Origin: Arenicellales bacterium
Lineage (GTDB): Bacteria > Pseudomonadota > Gammaproteobacteria > Arenicellales > JAJDZL01
Assembly: GCA_965200645.1 (NCBI GenBank)
Contig: CBDAUN010000001.1
Coordinates: 211,044-275,043, forward strand
Direction: 5' to 3'
DNA: 64,000 nt
The first letter of the stretch is position 1. Every line of letters starts with the position of its first letter. A model generated the notes under the pieces. The model was not told where the DNA came from, did not search any database, and saw only the letters and a list, made by a program, of their open reading frames with translations. Below, piece by piece: positions 1 to 10,600 of this stretch. The translations under genes were made by a program, and so were the position numbers.

Positions 1-1702
<1,702 letters not shown>

Positions 1703-1896
1703 TCAAAAAATAAATCCCCTTTTTTCACTAGATTGAAACGTAAGGGGCTGGTTCAGTGTTTGTGTACTATAGGAGTACACCAAGTTGCATTAGTATAAGT
1801 GTATTGACAACTTCTTTCAAAATTTTGAAAGGCAATATTTGGTAGTAAATTTGTGGTCTTAGTCATATCAACACACGAATTTCGATGCAAATTTAA

Positions 1897-2760
1897 TCAA
1901 CACAAAGTCGTAGATTCAGCCTCAAGACACATCTGCAAACCTTTTCGAACATCGCCATACTGCAGAGATAATCCAAGTTCAGCGAGCATCCGAGAGTTGT
2001 CGATTTTACGCGAATCTCGAAGATAAGCAACCATCCTGTCACTCAGTGATTCGGTCGCTGATTTCGACAACTGAGGCTCAGGTAAGTTCCATATTTCAGC
2101 GACAATCCGAAAATACTTCGACATTCTCAATGGCACTCCATCTGAGACATTAAATACACCCATAACTTCCACTTCACCTGCGAGTCTACAAACTTGCACC
2201 AAGTCATCCACATGGATTCGGTTGGAAAAGCCACACTGTTCTTCGGGTGGTAGGGTTAGTCCCTGACGAATTCGCTTGACCGGTACTCTGCCAGGTCCAT
2301 AAATCGCCGGCACTCTCAAGATTACAAGATCAATATCATTGAGTAACGCCCAACTTGTGCATATACGCTCGGCATCCACTCTGGCTTTCGCCTGATCGGT
2401 AGAGGGGTTCAACAATGCTGATTCGTCTACCCACGCTCCCTGGCAGTCACCATAGACACCAGTAGTGCTAATCAGTACGAATTTCGCCGGAGAGCCACAA
2501 AGTATTTGATTCAGAAACTTGTCTAGTCTTGTATCAACTGCTCCACCCCTTGGAGGGGGGACAAGATAATAAACCACTGAGCCTTCGCAATTGACTTGAG
2601 CGCCTTTGGGTGCATCATCAAAATCCAATTGAAAAGCATCGAAAACCGGTCTTTTGATAGTGGTGGTTCTTGTAGTAGCAGTCACGCTGTGTCCTAATCC
2701 CACTAATTCACTAGCCAACCTGCTGCCGACATAGCCACAACCAACAATAACCATCTTCAC
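1897..2760 (-). CDS. NAD-dependent epimerase/dehydratase (atypical SDR, YeeZ-like)
   Basis: N-terminal GCGYVG Rossmann motif, STTGVYG, ILRVPAIYGPGR, NRIHVDDL. Confidence 0.85.
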   Translation of the reverse strand: MKMVIVGCGYVGSRLASELVGLGHSVTATTRTTTIKRPVFDAFQLDFDDAPKGAQVNCEGSVVYYLVPPPRGGAVDTRLDKFLNQILCGSPAKFVLISTTGVYGDCQGAWVDESALLNPSTDQAKARVDAERICTSWALLNDIDLVILRVPAIYGPGRVPVKRIRQGLTLPPEEQCGFSNRIHVDDLVQVCRLAGEVEVMGVFNVSDGVPLRMSKYFRIVAEIWNLPEPQLSKSATESLSDRMVAYLRDSRKIDNSRMLAELGLSLQYGDVRKGLQMCLEAESTTLC

Positions 2761-2782
2761 AATACTATCCGACTCAACTTTA

Positions 2783-3952
2783 TTAGTCTCTTCGTAGGCG
2801 GTCAGATACAGCCAACGGAGATGGGTAGCGCAACACTACAATATAGGAGGAACCAATAAATGTAATGACGGTGGCAAGAACAAGATATCGACTTGCAAAT
2901 TCACTTAGCACCCCACTGGACAGACTTACAAACACAACCAGCAAGGAGAATTCACTTAGTTGACCTAAACGAGCACCAACTTCCTTTGCGATGGCAACAC
3001 TTTCCTTAGCTTGAAGCAATAAAAACCGAAATACAATCGGTTTTATCAACAGCATAGCACCAGCCAGAATCAGGGCAGGAATAATTACATCATCAATGGT
3101 ATTGAAGTGAACCTGAGCACCTATGGCAACGAAGAATAGTACGAGAAAAAAGTCACGAAGCGGTTTTAAACTTTCTGATATGTATCGGCAAATTGGCGAG
3201 GACGCCAAAGATATGCCTGCGATAAATGCACCAATTTCCTTATTGAGCCCGAAGGCTACTGCAAGTTCTGCAAAACCCAAACACCAGGCAATGGTGATCA
3301 AAAAAATGTACTCCCGAATTTGCTCAAATCTTGCAATTAATCGCCTGATAACTAAGAATTCAAGAAAGAATACTATTGCCGCTAATGTCGGTAATGCAAT
3401 GAAAGGAACAATTAATTCAAATCTGAGTCCAGTGGGACTTTGCATCACTGGAATCGCTATCAGTGCAATAATTGCGAGCACATCCTGAATCAGTAAAACA
3501 CCGATAACCAACTGCCCGATGTGCTTATGGTGTAGCACTGTAGTCGGGAGAAATTTCAGTCCCATGATGGTGCTGGAAAATCCTGCCGCAATTGCTGCAA
3601 TGAGTGCATCTGCGTGGCTAAATCCAAATGCAATTGTGATTGCGTAGGCAACCAGGCCGAAAGATATTGAGGCAACTACAGTTATCCAAGTTACTGTTTT
3701 GAATAAACTAAGTAGTTTGAGGGGACTTAACTCTAACCCGACTAAAAATAGGAGGAAAATAATTCCGATATGTGCGGTCTCCTCTATCAGCCCAACGTCA
3801 GGAATCAATTTAAAGCCACCCGGACCAACCAGCGCACCCAATACGACATAAACCACTGGCAATGCTTGACGTGCATAAAGACCCACTGTAGCCATCAACG
3901 CAGCTCCACAAAAGATCAGAGCGACTGAAATAAAGATTGAATCGTTCTCCAT
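2783..3952 (-). CDS. Cation:proton antiporter (CPA2/Kef-type)
   Basis: Polytopic hydrophobic protein with GIIFLLFLVGLE, LLIQD and QLSEFS CPA2 motifs. Start moved to the MENDSIF ATG (3952). Confidence 0.85.
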   Translation of the reverse strand: MENDSIFISVALIFCGAALMATVGLYARQALPVVYVVLGALVGPGGFKLIPDVGLIEETAHIGIIFLLFLVGLELSPLKLLSLFKTVTWITVVASISFGLVAYAITIAFGFSHADALIAAIAAGFSSTIMGLKFLPTTVLHHKHIGQLVIGVLLIQDVLAIIALIAIPVMQSPTGLRFELIVPFIALPTLAAIVFFLEFLVIRRLIARFEQIREYIFLITIAWCLGFAELAVAFGLNKEIGAFIAGISLASSPICRYISESLKPLRDFFLVLFFVAIGAQVHFNTIDDVIIPALILAGAMLLIKPIVFRFLLLQAKESVAIAKEVGARLGQLSEFSLLVVFVSLSSGVLSEFASRYLVLATVITFIGSSYIVVLRYPSPLAVSDRLRRD

Positions 3953-4021
3953 TCGAACAACCTCAAACTGTGACCTTAGGTCTAAGAAAAAACGTCGAAA
4001 CCATATTCGACGTGGCACCAA

Positions 4022-4606
4022 TTATCCGCTGGGGCTGGTGCCGGCCTTCCACTTTATGTTGCATCCGATGCTGGGAACCTGATGTGAAGACACTTCTTCA
4101 TCGTTCAACACAGCATCAACCGCGTTTATTAGGTCCACGCCAGTAATTGGGACATCATTACCGGGACGGCTGCTGTCAAACTGCCCGCGATAGACGAGCA
4201 AACGGTTTGAATCGAATAAGTAGAACTCCGGAGTGCAAACTGCATTGAAGTCAACTGCTACTTGCTGGGTTTCATCGAATAAGTACGGAAAAACATAAGT
4301 GTACTTATCGGCATCTTCAGTCATTTTAGATGGGCTGTCAGCCGGATGAGTACTGGGGTCATTAGCACTGATGGCTACCGTTGCAAGACCTTTTGAAGAA
4401 TACTCACGAGCGAATTGCGCGAATGCCCGCTTCAGATGAATGACATAAGGGCAGTGATTGCAAATGAATGTAATCAGTAATGCCGGTGCAGAAGAAAAGT
4501 CTGACACCGAAACCACATCGGCACTGAAGTTCCTATTGGTATTGGAAAGAGTAAAGTCAGGAACTTTGGTTCCCAGTTCAAGCATGAGTGATTCTGTTAG
4601 CGCCAT
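4022..4606 (-). CDS. Thioredoxin-family / AhpC-TSA-like protein
   Basis: FICNHCPYV (CxxC), AVCTPEF, YRGQFD, C-terminal SIGCNIKW. Confidence 0.88.
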   Translation of the reverse strand: MALTESLMLELGTKVPDFTLSNTNRNFSADVVSVSDFSSAPALLITFICNHCPYVIHLKRAFAQFAREYSSKGLATVAISANDPSTHPADSPSKMTEDADKYTYVFPYLFDETQQVAVDFNAVCTPEFYLFDSNRLLVYRGQFDSSRPGNDVPITGVDLINAVDAVLNDEEVSSHQVPSIGCNIKWKAGTSPSG

Positions 4607-4785
4607 ATCAATTGCGAATTATATAGGAAGTGCTACAACAATTAATCGTAAATGACATATATCTTGGTAGTTATTATTCAATGTTATCAATTAGTTATGT
4701 AATATATTATGATGCTGTTGACTGATGTTTCCTTAAAATTTTTATCAACAATTAGAGTCTTCAATATGACCTCAGTGGGCAATAT

Positions 4786-5538
4786 CTATTGACTTTCACT
4801 GCTGCAAACCGGACAAGTTGAATTCTTGTTTATTCGAATTTCCTCCCATCTCATTAGCGCGGCATCAAACAGCATTAGTCGCCCGGTAAGTGTATTTCCG
4901 ACATTAGTGATTATCTTGATTACCTCAATAGCCTGAATACAACCGATTACACCTGTTACCGGACCAAGAACACCAGTCTCGCTGCACCTTTCTTCCGGTT
5001 CGTCTTCGGGCGCATAAAGACACCGAAAACAAGGAGAATCTAACTGGTCTAACTGATAAACAGTCACCTGCCCTTCAAAACGAATCGCAGCTGCTGATAC
5101 TAAGGGAGTACTACTGCGCACACAGGCTTCATTAAGTGCATATCGAATATTGAAGTTGTCTGTAGCATCGAGCACAACATCAGCCGCTTCAACCTGCTGA
5201 ACTAAATCATCGTCTTGCAGTCTTCCGTGAATTCCATCAACTTTAATCTCAGGATTTAGTGCCGAGAGTGTTTGGAGTGCGGACCCAACCTTCGAGTTAC
5301 CTATAGTTGAAGTGTTGTGAACGATCTGTCTTTGCAAATTTGACAGGTCAACTTCATCAAAATCATTGACGACCAAATGTCCTATTCCACTTGATGCCAA
5401 GTACATTGAAGCGGGTGAACCTAAACCTCCCAAACCAACCACCAACACTCTAGAGTCCGACAGTGCCTGCTGGCCTTCAATGCCAACGGCAGGTAGCATG
5501 ATTTGCCGGTTGTAGCGCAATAATGTGGAATCGTCCAT
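4786..5538 (-). CDS. moeB: Molybdopterin-synthase adenylyltransferase MoeB
   Basis: RYNRQI, GLGGLG, SNLQRQ, CFRC and CPVC zinc motifs; divergent from moaC-moeA. Confidence 0.88.
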   Translation of the reverse strand: MDDSTLLRYNRQIMLPAVGIEGQQALSDSRVLVVGLGGLGSPASMYLASSGIGHLVVNDFDEVDLSNLQRQIVHNTSTIGNSKVGSALQTLSALNPEIKVDGIHGRLQDDDLVQQVEAADVVLDATDNFNIRYALNEACVRSSTPLVSAAAIRFEGQVTVYQLDQLDSPCFRCLYAPEDEPEERCSETGVLGPVTGVIGCIQAIEVIKIITNVGNTLTGRLMLFDAALMRWEEIRINKNSTCPVCSSESQ

Positions 5539-5593
5539 TCTACTAATATTATCATGGTGGTTTATTCAATCATCGATTCAACAGTAAATCTAC

Positions 5594-6070
5594 ATGGCTC
5601 AATTTACGCACTTTAACGAGCAAGGCGAAGCTCACATGGTTGATGTGGGCGAAAAAGCTGCTACCGCTCGTAGAGCTACCGCGGATGGGAGAATCATAAT
5701 GAATCAGGCGACACTTAATGCTATCGTTGAAGGTACTCACAAAAAGGGAGATGTCTTTTCCGTGGCTCGCATTGCTGGAATTATGGGAGCAAAAAAGACT
5801 TCTGAACTAGTACCGCTTTGCCACCCGCTGTCGCTCACCCACGTCAGTATTGAATTGGAGTGTCAACCAGAATATTCATGCGTTTACTGCAAAGCAACAG
5901 TAGAAACTCACGACAAAACCGGTGTCGAAATGGAAGCGATTAATGCAGTGCAAATTACACTTTTGACGATTTACGACATGTGCAAATCAAGCGATAGGGC
6001 CATGGAAATTGATTCAGTAAAGTTGATTGAAAAGTCAGGAGGAAGATCCGGTGAATGGCGCCGCAGCTGA
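5594..6070 (+). CDS. moaC: Cyclic pyranopterin monophosphate synthase MoaC
   Basis: [37 protein letters not shown]. Confidence 0.96.
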   Translation: MAQFTHFNEQGEAHMVDVGEKAATARRATADGRIIMNQATLNAIVEGTHKKGDVFSVARIAGIMGAKKTSELVPLCHPLSLTHVSIELECQPEYSCVYCKATVETHDKTGVEMEAINAVQITLLTIYDMCKSSDRAMEIDSVKLIEKSGGRSGEWRRS

Positions 6071-7337
6071 AACCCAATCGCCTATCACTGTGACCGGTGG
6101 TGATGCCTGTGACATCGGCTCTATTCCCTATGCAGTTGCATTACAATCTATCCTCGATAAGATCCAGCCGATCCAAGACATACAGCGTTTGCCTATCCGC
6201 AGTGCACTGAACCGTGTTGCCGCAGAGGAAGTAACTTCCAAGTCCGATATTCCGGCATTTCGAAATTCCGCAATGGATGGTTATGCCTGTCGGGCAAGTG
6301 ACTTAGAACAGCCGAATCCTAGACTAAAGATTGCGGGTGTTTCTGCAGCAGGTAGTCCATTTATCGCTTCTGTAGAGCCGAATCACTGCATACGCGTCCT
6401 CACTGGTGCGGTTGTACCTGATACGTTCGATACTGTGGTGATGCAGGAAGATTGCGATATTCATGAAGGCTGGGTGAGCATTCGAGGCAAACACCGACCC
6501 GGCAGTTTTATACGAAAAGCAGGCGATGACATTTCCAGCGGTGAAGTTGCCATTCGAATCGGCCAGACTATTGGCATTGCCGAACTTGGCGTTTTGGCTT
6601 CAGTCGGCTGTGCAGAAATTTCCGTATACCGAAAGCCAATTGTTGCCTTTTTTTCCACCGGTGACGAATTACGGGGGATAGGGGAATCCTTGGGACTTGG
6701 CGATGTTTACGACAGCAACAGATATACATTATTTGGACTGCTGGAAAACAGTGGTGCTCTGTCGCTTGACCTCGGTGTCGTAAGAGACGACCTCGATGAC
6801 ACCATTGCTGCATTGAAAAATGCAGCGAATTCAGCAGACTTGATTATCACCTCCGCTGGAGCTTCAGTTGGAGACTCAGACTTTGTCAAGCAGGCGGTTG
6901 AAAGTCTGGGAGAGCTGACTCTTAGAAAAGTCGCCATGAAACCTGGGCGTCCACTTGCATTCGGAAAGATTCGCGACTCATGGTTCTTTGGCCTGCCGGG
7001 CAATCCGGTGTCGGTGATGGTGACGTTTGACAAATTTGTGCTTCCCGCACTGCAGAAATTGATGGGTCTTGCTTCACTTTCACCGCTAAGGGTAACGGCC
7101 AGATGCGTTCGAGATATTTATAAAAAACCTGGACGTTTGGAGTTTCAGAGAGGATTTGTTTCTGTTGGCTCTGAAGGAAACTTTGTCGTCGACACAACTG
7201 GCGATCAAAGTTCCGGTGTATTGACTTCAATGAGTAAGGCTAACTGCTACATTGTGCTGCCACTCGAATGTGGTGATGTTACTGAAGGCAGCGAGGTCGA
7301 AGTTGAACCTTTCGAGATTCGATTGAGGACGAATTAA
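6051..7337 (+). CDS. moeA: Molybdopterin molybdotransferase MoeA (gephyrin-like)
   Basis: [28 protein letters not shown]. Start probably the GTG at 6051, after a GGAGG. Confidence 0.94.
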   Translation: MNGAAAETQSPITVTGGDACDIGSIPYAVALQSILDKIQPIQDIQRLPIRSALNRVAAEEVTSKSDIPAFRNSAMDGYACRASDLEQPNPRLKIAGVSAAGSPFIASVEPNHCIRVLTGAVVPDTFDTVVMQEDCDIHEGWVSIRGKHRPGSFIRKAGDDISSGEVAIRIGQTIGIAELGVLASVGCAEISVYRKPIVAFFSTGDELRGIGESLGLGDVYDSNRYTLFGLLENSGALSLDLGVVRDDLDDTIAALKNAANSADLIITSAGASVGDSDFVKQAVESLGELTLRKVAMKPGRPLAFGKIRDSWFFGLPGNPVSVMVTFDKFVLPALQKLMGLASLSPLRVTARCVRDIYKKPGRLEFQRGFVSVGSEGNFVVDTTGDQSSGVLTSMSKANCYIVLPLECGDVTEGSEVEVEPFEIRLRTN

Positions 7338-7478
7338 ATAGCCAAGTAAGGCAAATATGGCGGAGTATCTTAGATATTAACCATGATTCTGGCTAAATTA
7401 TCCGGAACGACTGCAAAATTTCCAGAGTGTTCGCGATATTTTCAGCATTTGAAATCTCTTTGTTTCATGATAGTACTT

Positions 7479-7976
7479 TTAAGAACTATTTGTACCAACA
7501 GAGTCGTAATTCAAGTTAGTTTCGTCAACAAAACTAATTTGCAAACCGGGACACAGTACGGCTTTGGCAAGCAGCAGTCGTTTTAGTTCTGTGACATTGA
7601 TGCGCACGTGATCAAAGTACTGTTCATCGGGCCAAAATCTGACTTTTGTTCCAGTGTCATTTTTATTAACTCGTCCCCGTTCCTGCAGTTCGTGTGTAGT
7701 ATCGCCATTTTCGAATGCCATGAAATAAACCATACCGGTGCGCTTCACCTGCACTTCAAGCCGATGGGACAGGGCATTGACCACTGAGACTCCGACTCCG
7801 TGCAGACCGCCGGATTGCAGGTAAGTTGTAGAAGAGAACTTGGCGCCGGCATGCAGACGGGTGAAAATAATTTCGATGCCGGGTAATCCTTCTTCGTGGT
7901 GAAGGTCACCCGGCATGCCACGCCCGTTGCCTTCAACGGTACAACATTCAATCGTTTTCGAGCAGGTCAGAGCCAT
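7479..7976 (-). pseudogene. parE: Fragment of DNA topoisomerase IV subunit B (GHKL ATPase region only)
   Basis: LHAGAKF, SGGLHGVGVSVVNALS, GTKVRFWPD, AKAVLCPGL are ParE-type motifs. Only 165 aa: lacks the N-terminus and TOPRIM domain, and D(D/N)GRG is degraded to GNGRG. Confidence 0.8.
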
Positions 7977-8177
7977 TAGGTTTGGCTGCGACTTTCAATC
8001 ATGTTCATTGTTTTTTCTTTATCCGTCATATATTGACGGATAACAATGAATTGTTGCACAAATGACATTGCTTCAACACAGCTACTCCTGTATGCTGTTC
8101 ACTCTTGCGTCGCTCAGTCACCCTCATTCGCTGACCAAGCTTCAATTCATGTTTTAACGCCCGGAGGTACCGCCAAT

Positions 8178-9128
8178 TTGAATCCCAACACTACAAGTTC
8201 CAAACCAGGCAAGGTGCCTTTAAAGCACGATCAGTTCATGCGTCGTTGTTTAACATTTGCGCCGGATTGCACCCGGGAATTGATCCATTTAACTTTGCAT
8301 GGCGATCCAATATTGTCAATGCTTGATCTCGACGACTGGCGCGTGGAACCATCGGTACTGCTGTCCAACGAACTTGGCGAACTGCAATGTGACTTGTTGA
8401 TTTCAGTGGGGCTCTTAGGCGGTGACGCAACGGTACCCAGAGTGATGATTTTATTTGAACATAAAAGTACAGCCGAATCAGACGTCCTCTTTCAAATCTC
8501 CAAGTATCGAAGTGCCATTAGTCTGCATTATCAAAAGTCCATCGTGTTGACGCTGGTCTTGTATCACGGCCAACAAAGGGGCTGGAAATTAAGTGATATC
8601 ACGTTGCCGGCGCTGGAACACATTCCGCAAGCTTTGCACCATTGTGTGGGAGCATGGGCGATGGACTTCCCGTACAGATTTTTGGACTTTGGAGACGAAC
8701 AGATCCAGCGGCAAACTGAACAATTGAACGACCAAGGGGTCTACGATATACTCGTTCGTATATGGAATTTGACCAAGGCAGATGTCGGCGAAATGTGTGT
8801 CGCTTCGTTGAAGTTAGCGCACGAAAAACGCGTGCAGATGTGTTGGATGGTCATGCAATACATTCAGCCGCTATTTACCCATGATGAAATTTGCGAAACA
8901 GAAGCGGAGTATCTTCCGAAGGAGAAAAGAATTATGACTCAGGTACTGTCCATGGAAGAAGAGACTTTTCAGTTAGGTATAGAACAAGGGGTAGCAAATG
9001 CGACGCAAGCGATAGCAGAAAATATGCTTCGGGGTGGATTTGATGTGTCAAAGATTGTGGAACTTACCGAACTTTCGACAGATACGGTAGCCGAATTGCA
9101 GCACAAGTTAAATGGTGCAGGCGCCTAA
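8178..9128 (+). CDS. Rpn family recombination-promoting nuclease / putative transposase (YhgA-like, PD-(D/E)XK); candidate toxin RpnL
   Basis: KHDQF N-terminal motif, CDLL...ILFEHKS catalytic signature, LVLYHG, and a C-terminal xG(I/x)EQG...IAENML...IVELTEL tail. Start placed at the in-frame TTG 8178, after GGAGG (8163-8167). The ORF track starts at 8046. Confidence 0.88.
   Translation: MNPNTTSSKPGKVPLKHDQFMRRCLTFAPDCTRELIHLTLHGDPILSMLDLDDWRVEPSVLLSNELGELQCDLLISVGLLGGDATVPRVMILFEHKSTAESDVLFQISKYRSAISLHYQKSIVLTLVLYHGQQRGWKLSDITLPALEHIPQALHHCVGAWAMDFPYRFLDFGDEQIQRQTEQLNDQGVYDILVRIWNLTKADVGEMCVASLKLAHEKRVQMCWMVMQYIQPLFTHDEICETEAEYLPKEKRIMTQVLSMEEETFQLGIEQGVANATQAIAENMLRGGFDVSKIVELTELSTDTVAELQHKLNGAGA
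8934..9128 (+). CDS. Putative intragenic small protein RpnS (64 aa, in frame with RpnL; candidate antitoxin)
   Basis: AAGGAG SD at 8919-8924 precedes the in-frame ATG 8934 (MTQVLSMEEETFQ...). The same ATG begins both downstream copies. Confidence 0.65.
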   Translation: MTQVLSMEEETFQLGIEQGVANATQAIAENMLRGGFDVSKIVELTELSTDTVAELQHKLNGAGA

Positions 9129-9304
9129 AGATACTTCACCCGCACCAGAGTGCATAATTGTGTTTTGTTTCCGGTGTTCATGCAACTATCTTCTGGATGA
9201 GGATGGTTTGTAAAGTTAAGTTACCTTTATGCTCAGAATTTAATACCATAAGTGAGTATCTTTGAGAAAAAGAAAGTAGATACATGGCGAAAGAGAACAG
9301 AATT

Positions 9305-9595
9305 ATGACTCAGGTACTGTCCATGGAAGAAGAGACTTTTCAGGAAGGTTTCAAAGAAGGTTTTAAGGAAGGTTTCAAAGAAGGTTTTAAGGAAGGTTTT
9401 AAGGAAGGTTTACGGCAAGGTATAGAACAAGTTTTACGGCAAGATGTAGAACAAGGGGCAGCAAATGCGACGCAAGCGATAGCAGAAAATATGCTTCGGG
9501 GTGGATTTGATGTATCAAAGATTGTGGAACTTACCGAACTTTCGACAGATACGGTAGCCGAATTGCGGCACAAGTTAAATGGTGCAGGCGCCTAA
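9305..9595 (+). CDS. Stand-alone RpnS-like protein copy 2 (96 aa, ten 4-aa repeats)
   Basis: Near-identical to the Rpn C-terminus, with (EGFK)x5-EGLR-QGIE-QVLR-QDVE-QGAA. Alternative ATG at 9284. Confidence 0.75.
   Translation: MTQVLSMEEETFQEGFKEGFKEGFKEGFKEGFKEGLRQGIEQVLRQDVEQGAANATQAIAENMLRGGFDVSKIVELTELSTDTVAELRHKLNGAGA
9344..9437 (+). repeat. 12-bp in-frame tandem repeat (gaaggttt(c/t)aa(a/g)) encoding EGFK
   Basis: Five near-perfect units followed by degenerate units, directly visible. Confidence 0.95.
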
Positions 9596-9769
9596 AGATA
9601 TTTCACCCGCACCAAAGTGCATAATTGTGTTTTGTTTCCGGTGTTCATGCAACTATCTTCTGGGTGAGGATGGTTTGTAAAGTTAAGTTACCTTTATGCT
9701 CAGAATTTAATACATAAGTGAGTATCTTTGAGAAATAAAAGCATATACCTTGCGAAAGAGAAAAGAATT

Positions 9770-9988
9770 ATGACTCAGGTACTGTCCATGGAAGAAGAGA
9801 CTTTCCAGTTAGGTAAAGAACAAGGTTTACAGCAAGGTATAGAGCAAGGGGCAGCAATTGCGACGCAAGCGATAGCAGAAAATATGCTTCGGGTTGGATT
9901 TGATGTGTCAAAGATTGTGGAACTTACCGAACTTTCAGCAGACAGGGTGTCTGAGTTGCAACATCAACTCCACGGTATCCAATCTTAA
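9770..9988 (+). CDS. Stand-alone RpnS-like protein copy 3 (72 aa, four 4-aa repeats, divergent tail)
   Basis: MTQVLSMEEETFQ-LGKE-QGLQ-QGIE-QGAA...IVELTELSADRVSELQHQLHGIQS. Confidence 0.75.
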   Translation: MTQVLSMEEETFQLGKEQGLQQGIEQGAAIATQAIAENMLRVGFDVSKIVELTELSADRVSELQHQLHGIQS

Positions 9989-10439
9989 CGGTACTGGATT
10001 TGCCAGTATAAATGTCGTCATTCCTTATTTGATTTGGTATCCCGGGGTCAGTTAAATGGATCCGGTCATTATGGCTGACCGTTGGATCGAATTTGATTTT
10101 TAGACTCCCTTTCAATTCATTTGTCGACTTGTCAATTTATAGCAATTCGAAAGACTAAAGCGTTAGAACCCAACCATAAACTATCGATAGAAGCGTCATT
10201 CCCAATGAGGCTTAAGGTCGGCTTCGAGAAAGGTGGAAAGTAACGACTAGTCATCGTCTGCAGTTGTAAAAAGGATGGTCGGCCACGGATGTGACAAATC
10301 GGAGATTGTCAAATTGACCAGACTTAAGTCGCAGGCGTTGTCCGAATTGCAGATAAAGTGAACCTAAGCGAAATTGCTGAAACACTAAGTTTGAGAGTTT
10401 TCTGTTTGGAATTATTCTACAACTATAAAGTCGATATTT

Positions 10440-10600
10440 CGCCCAAGCGGGGCCGAATAGGAAGGAATACCGGCGGGTCATTCGTGCGATTTTTGTGAGC
10501 ATTGGCGCGTCCAGCGCTGATGGGTCGCCGAACAGTGCCAGTGGGTGACCCTGTGCAGAAAAAGTACACGCTTGGCGGTGCCGCTCCTTTCGGGCTTTTT
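10440..10600 (+). ncRNA. Candidate structured non-coding RNA (family and strand uncertain)
   Basis: GC-rich tract closed by ccaagcg/cgcttgg, with internal hairpins, ending in a short hairpin + T5. Confidence 0.25.

Larger units (their letters stand above)
8910..9945 (+). repeat. Tandem direct repeat, about 2.5 units (rpnS module + about 155-bp spacer)
   Basis: aattatgactcaggtactgtccatggaagaagagac... occurs at about 8930, 9301 and 9766. Spacers 9129-9283 and 9596-9750 are nearly identical. Confidence 0.95.

Noticed and set aside
8046-9128. Calling the Rpn gene an IS transposase
   Set aside because: No terminal inverted repeats or target duplication seen. The 'putative transposase' label of YhgA/Rpn is historical; the motifs are PD-(D/E)XK nuclease.
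8930-9945. Repeat-spacer pattern as a possible CRISPR array or DGR template/variable repeat
   Set aside because: Units are hundreds of bp long, coding, and have near-identical spacers. No cas or reverse transcriptase gene is present, and no adenine-specific mismatch pattern was evident.
9990-10310. Several short hairpins and gtcattcc/gtcatc starts resembling CGTC-type REP elements
   Set aside because: Too degenerate, and no clear repeated copies elsewhere in the window.
10440-10560. ZTP riboswitch-like (minus strand ggtca..actggc ... cgcttgggc) or retron msr-msd reading
   Set aside because: The ZTP core is incomplete with no suitable downstream gene, and there is no reverse transcriptase nearby. 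Kept only as a generic candidate RNA.
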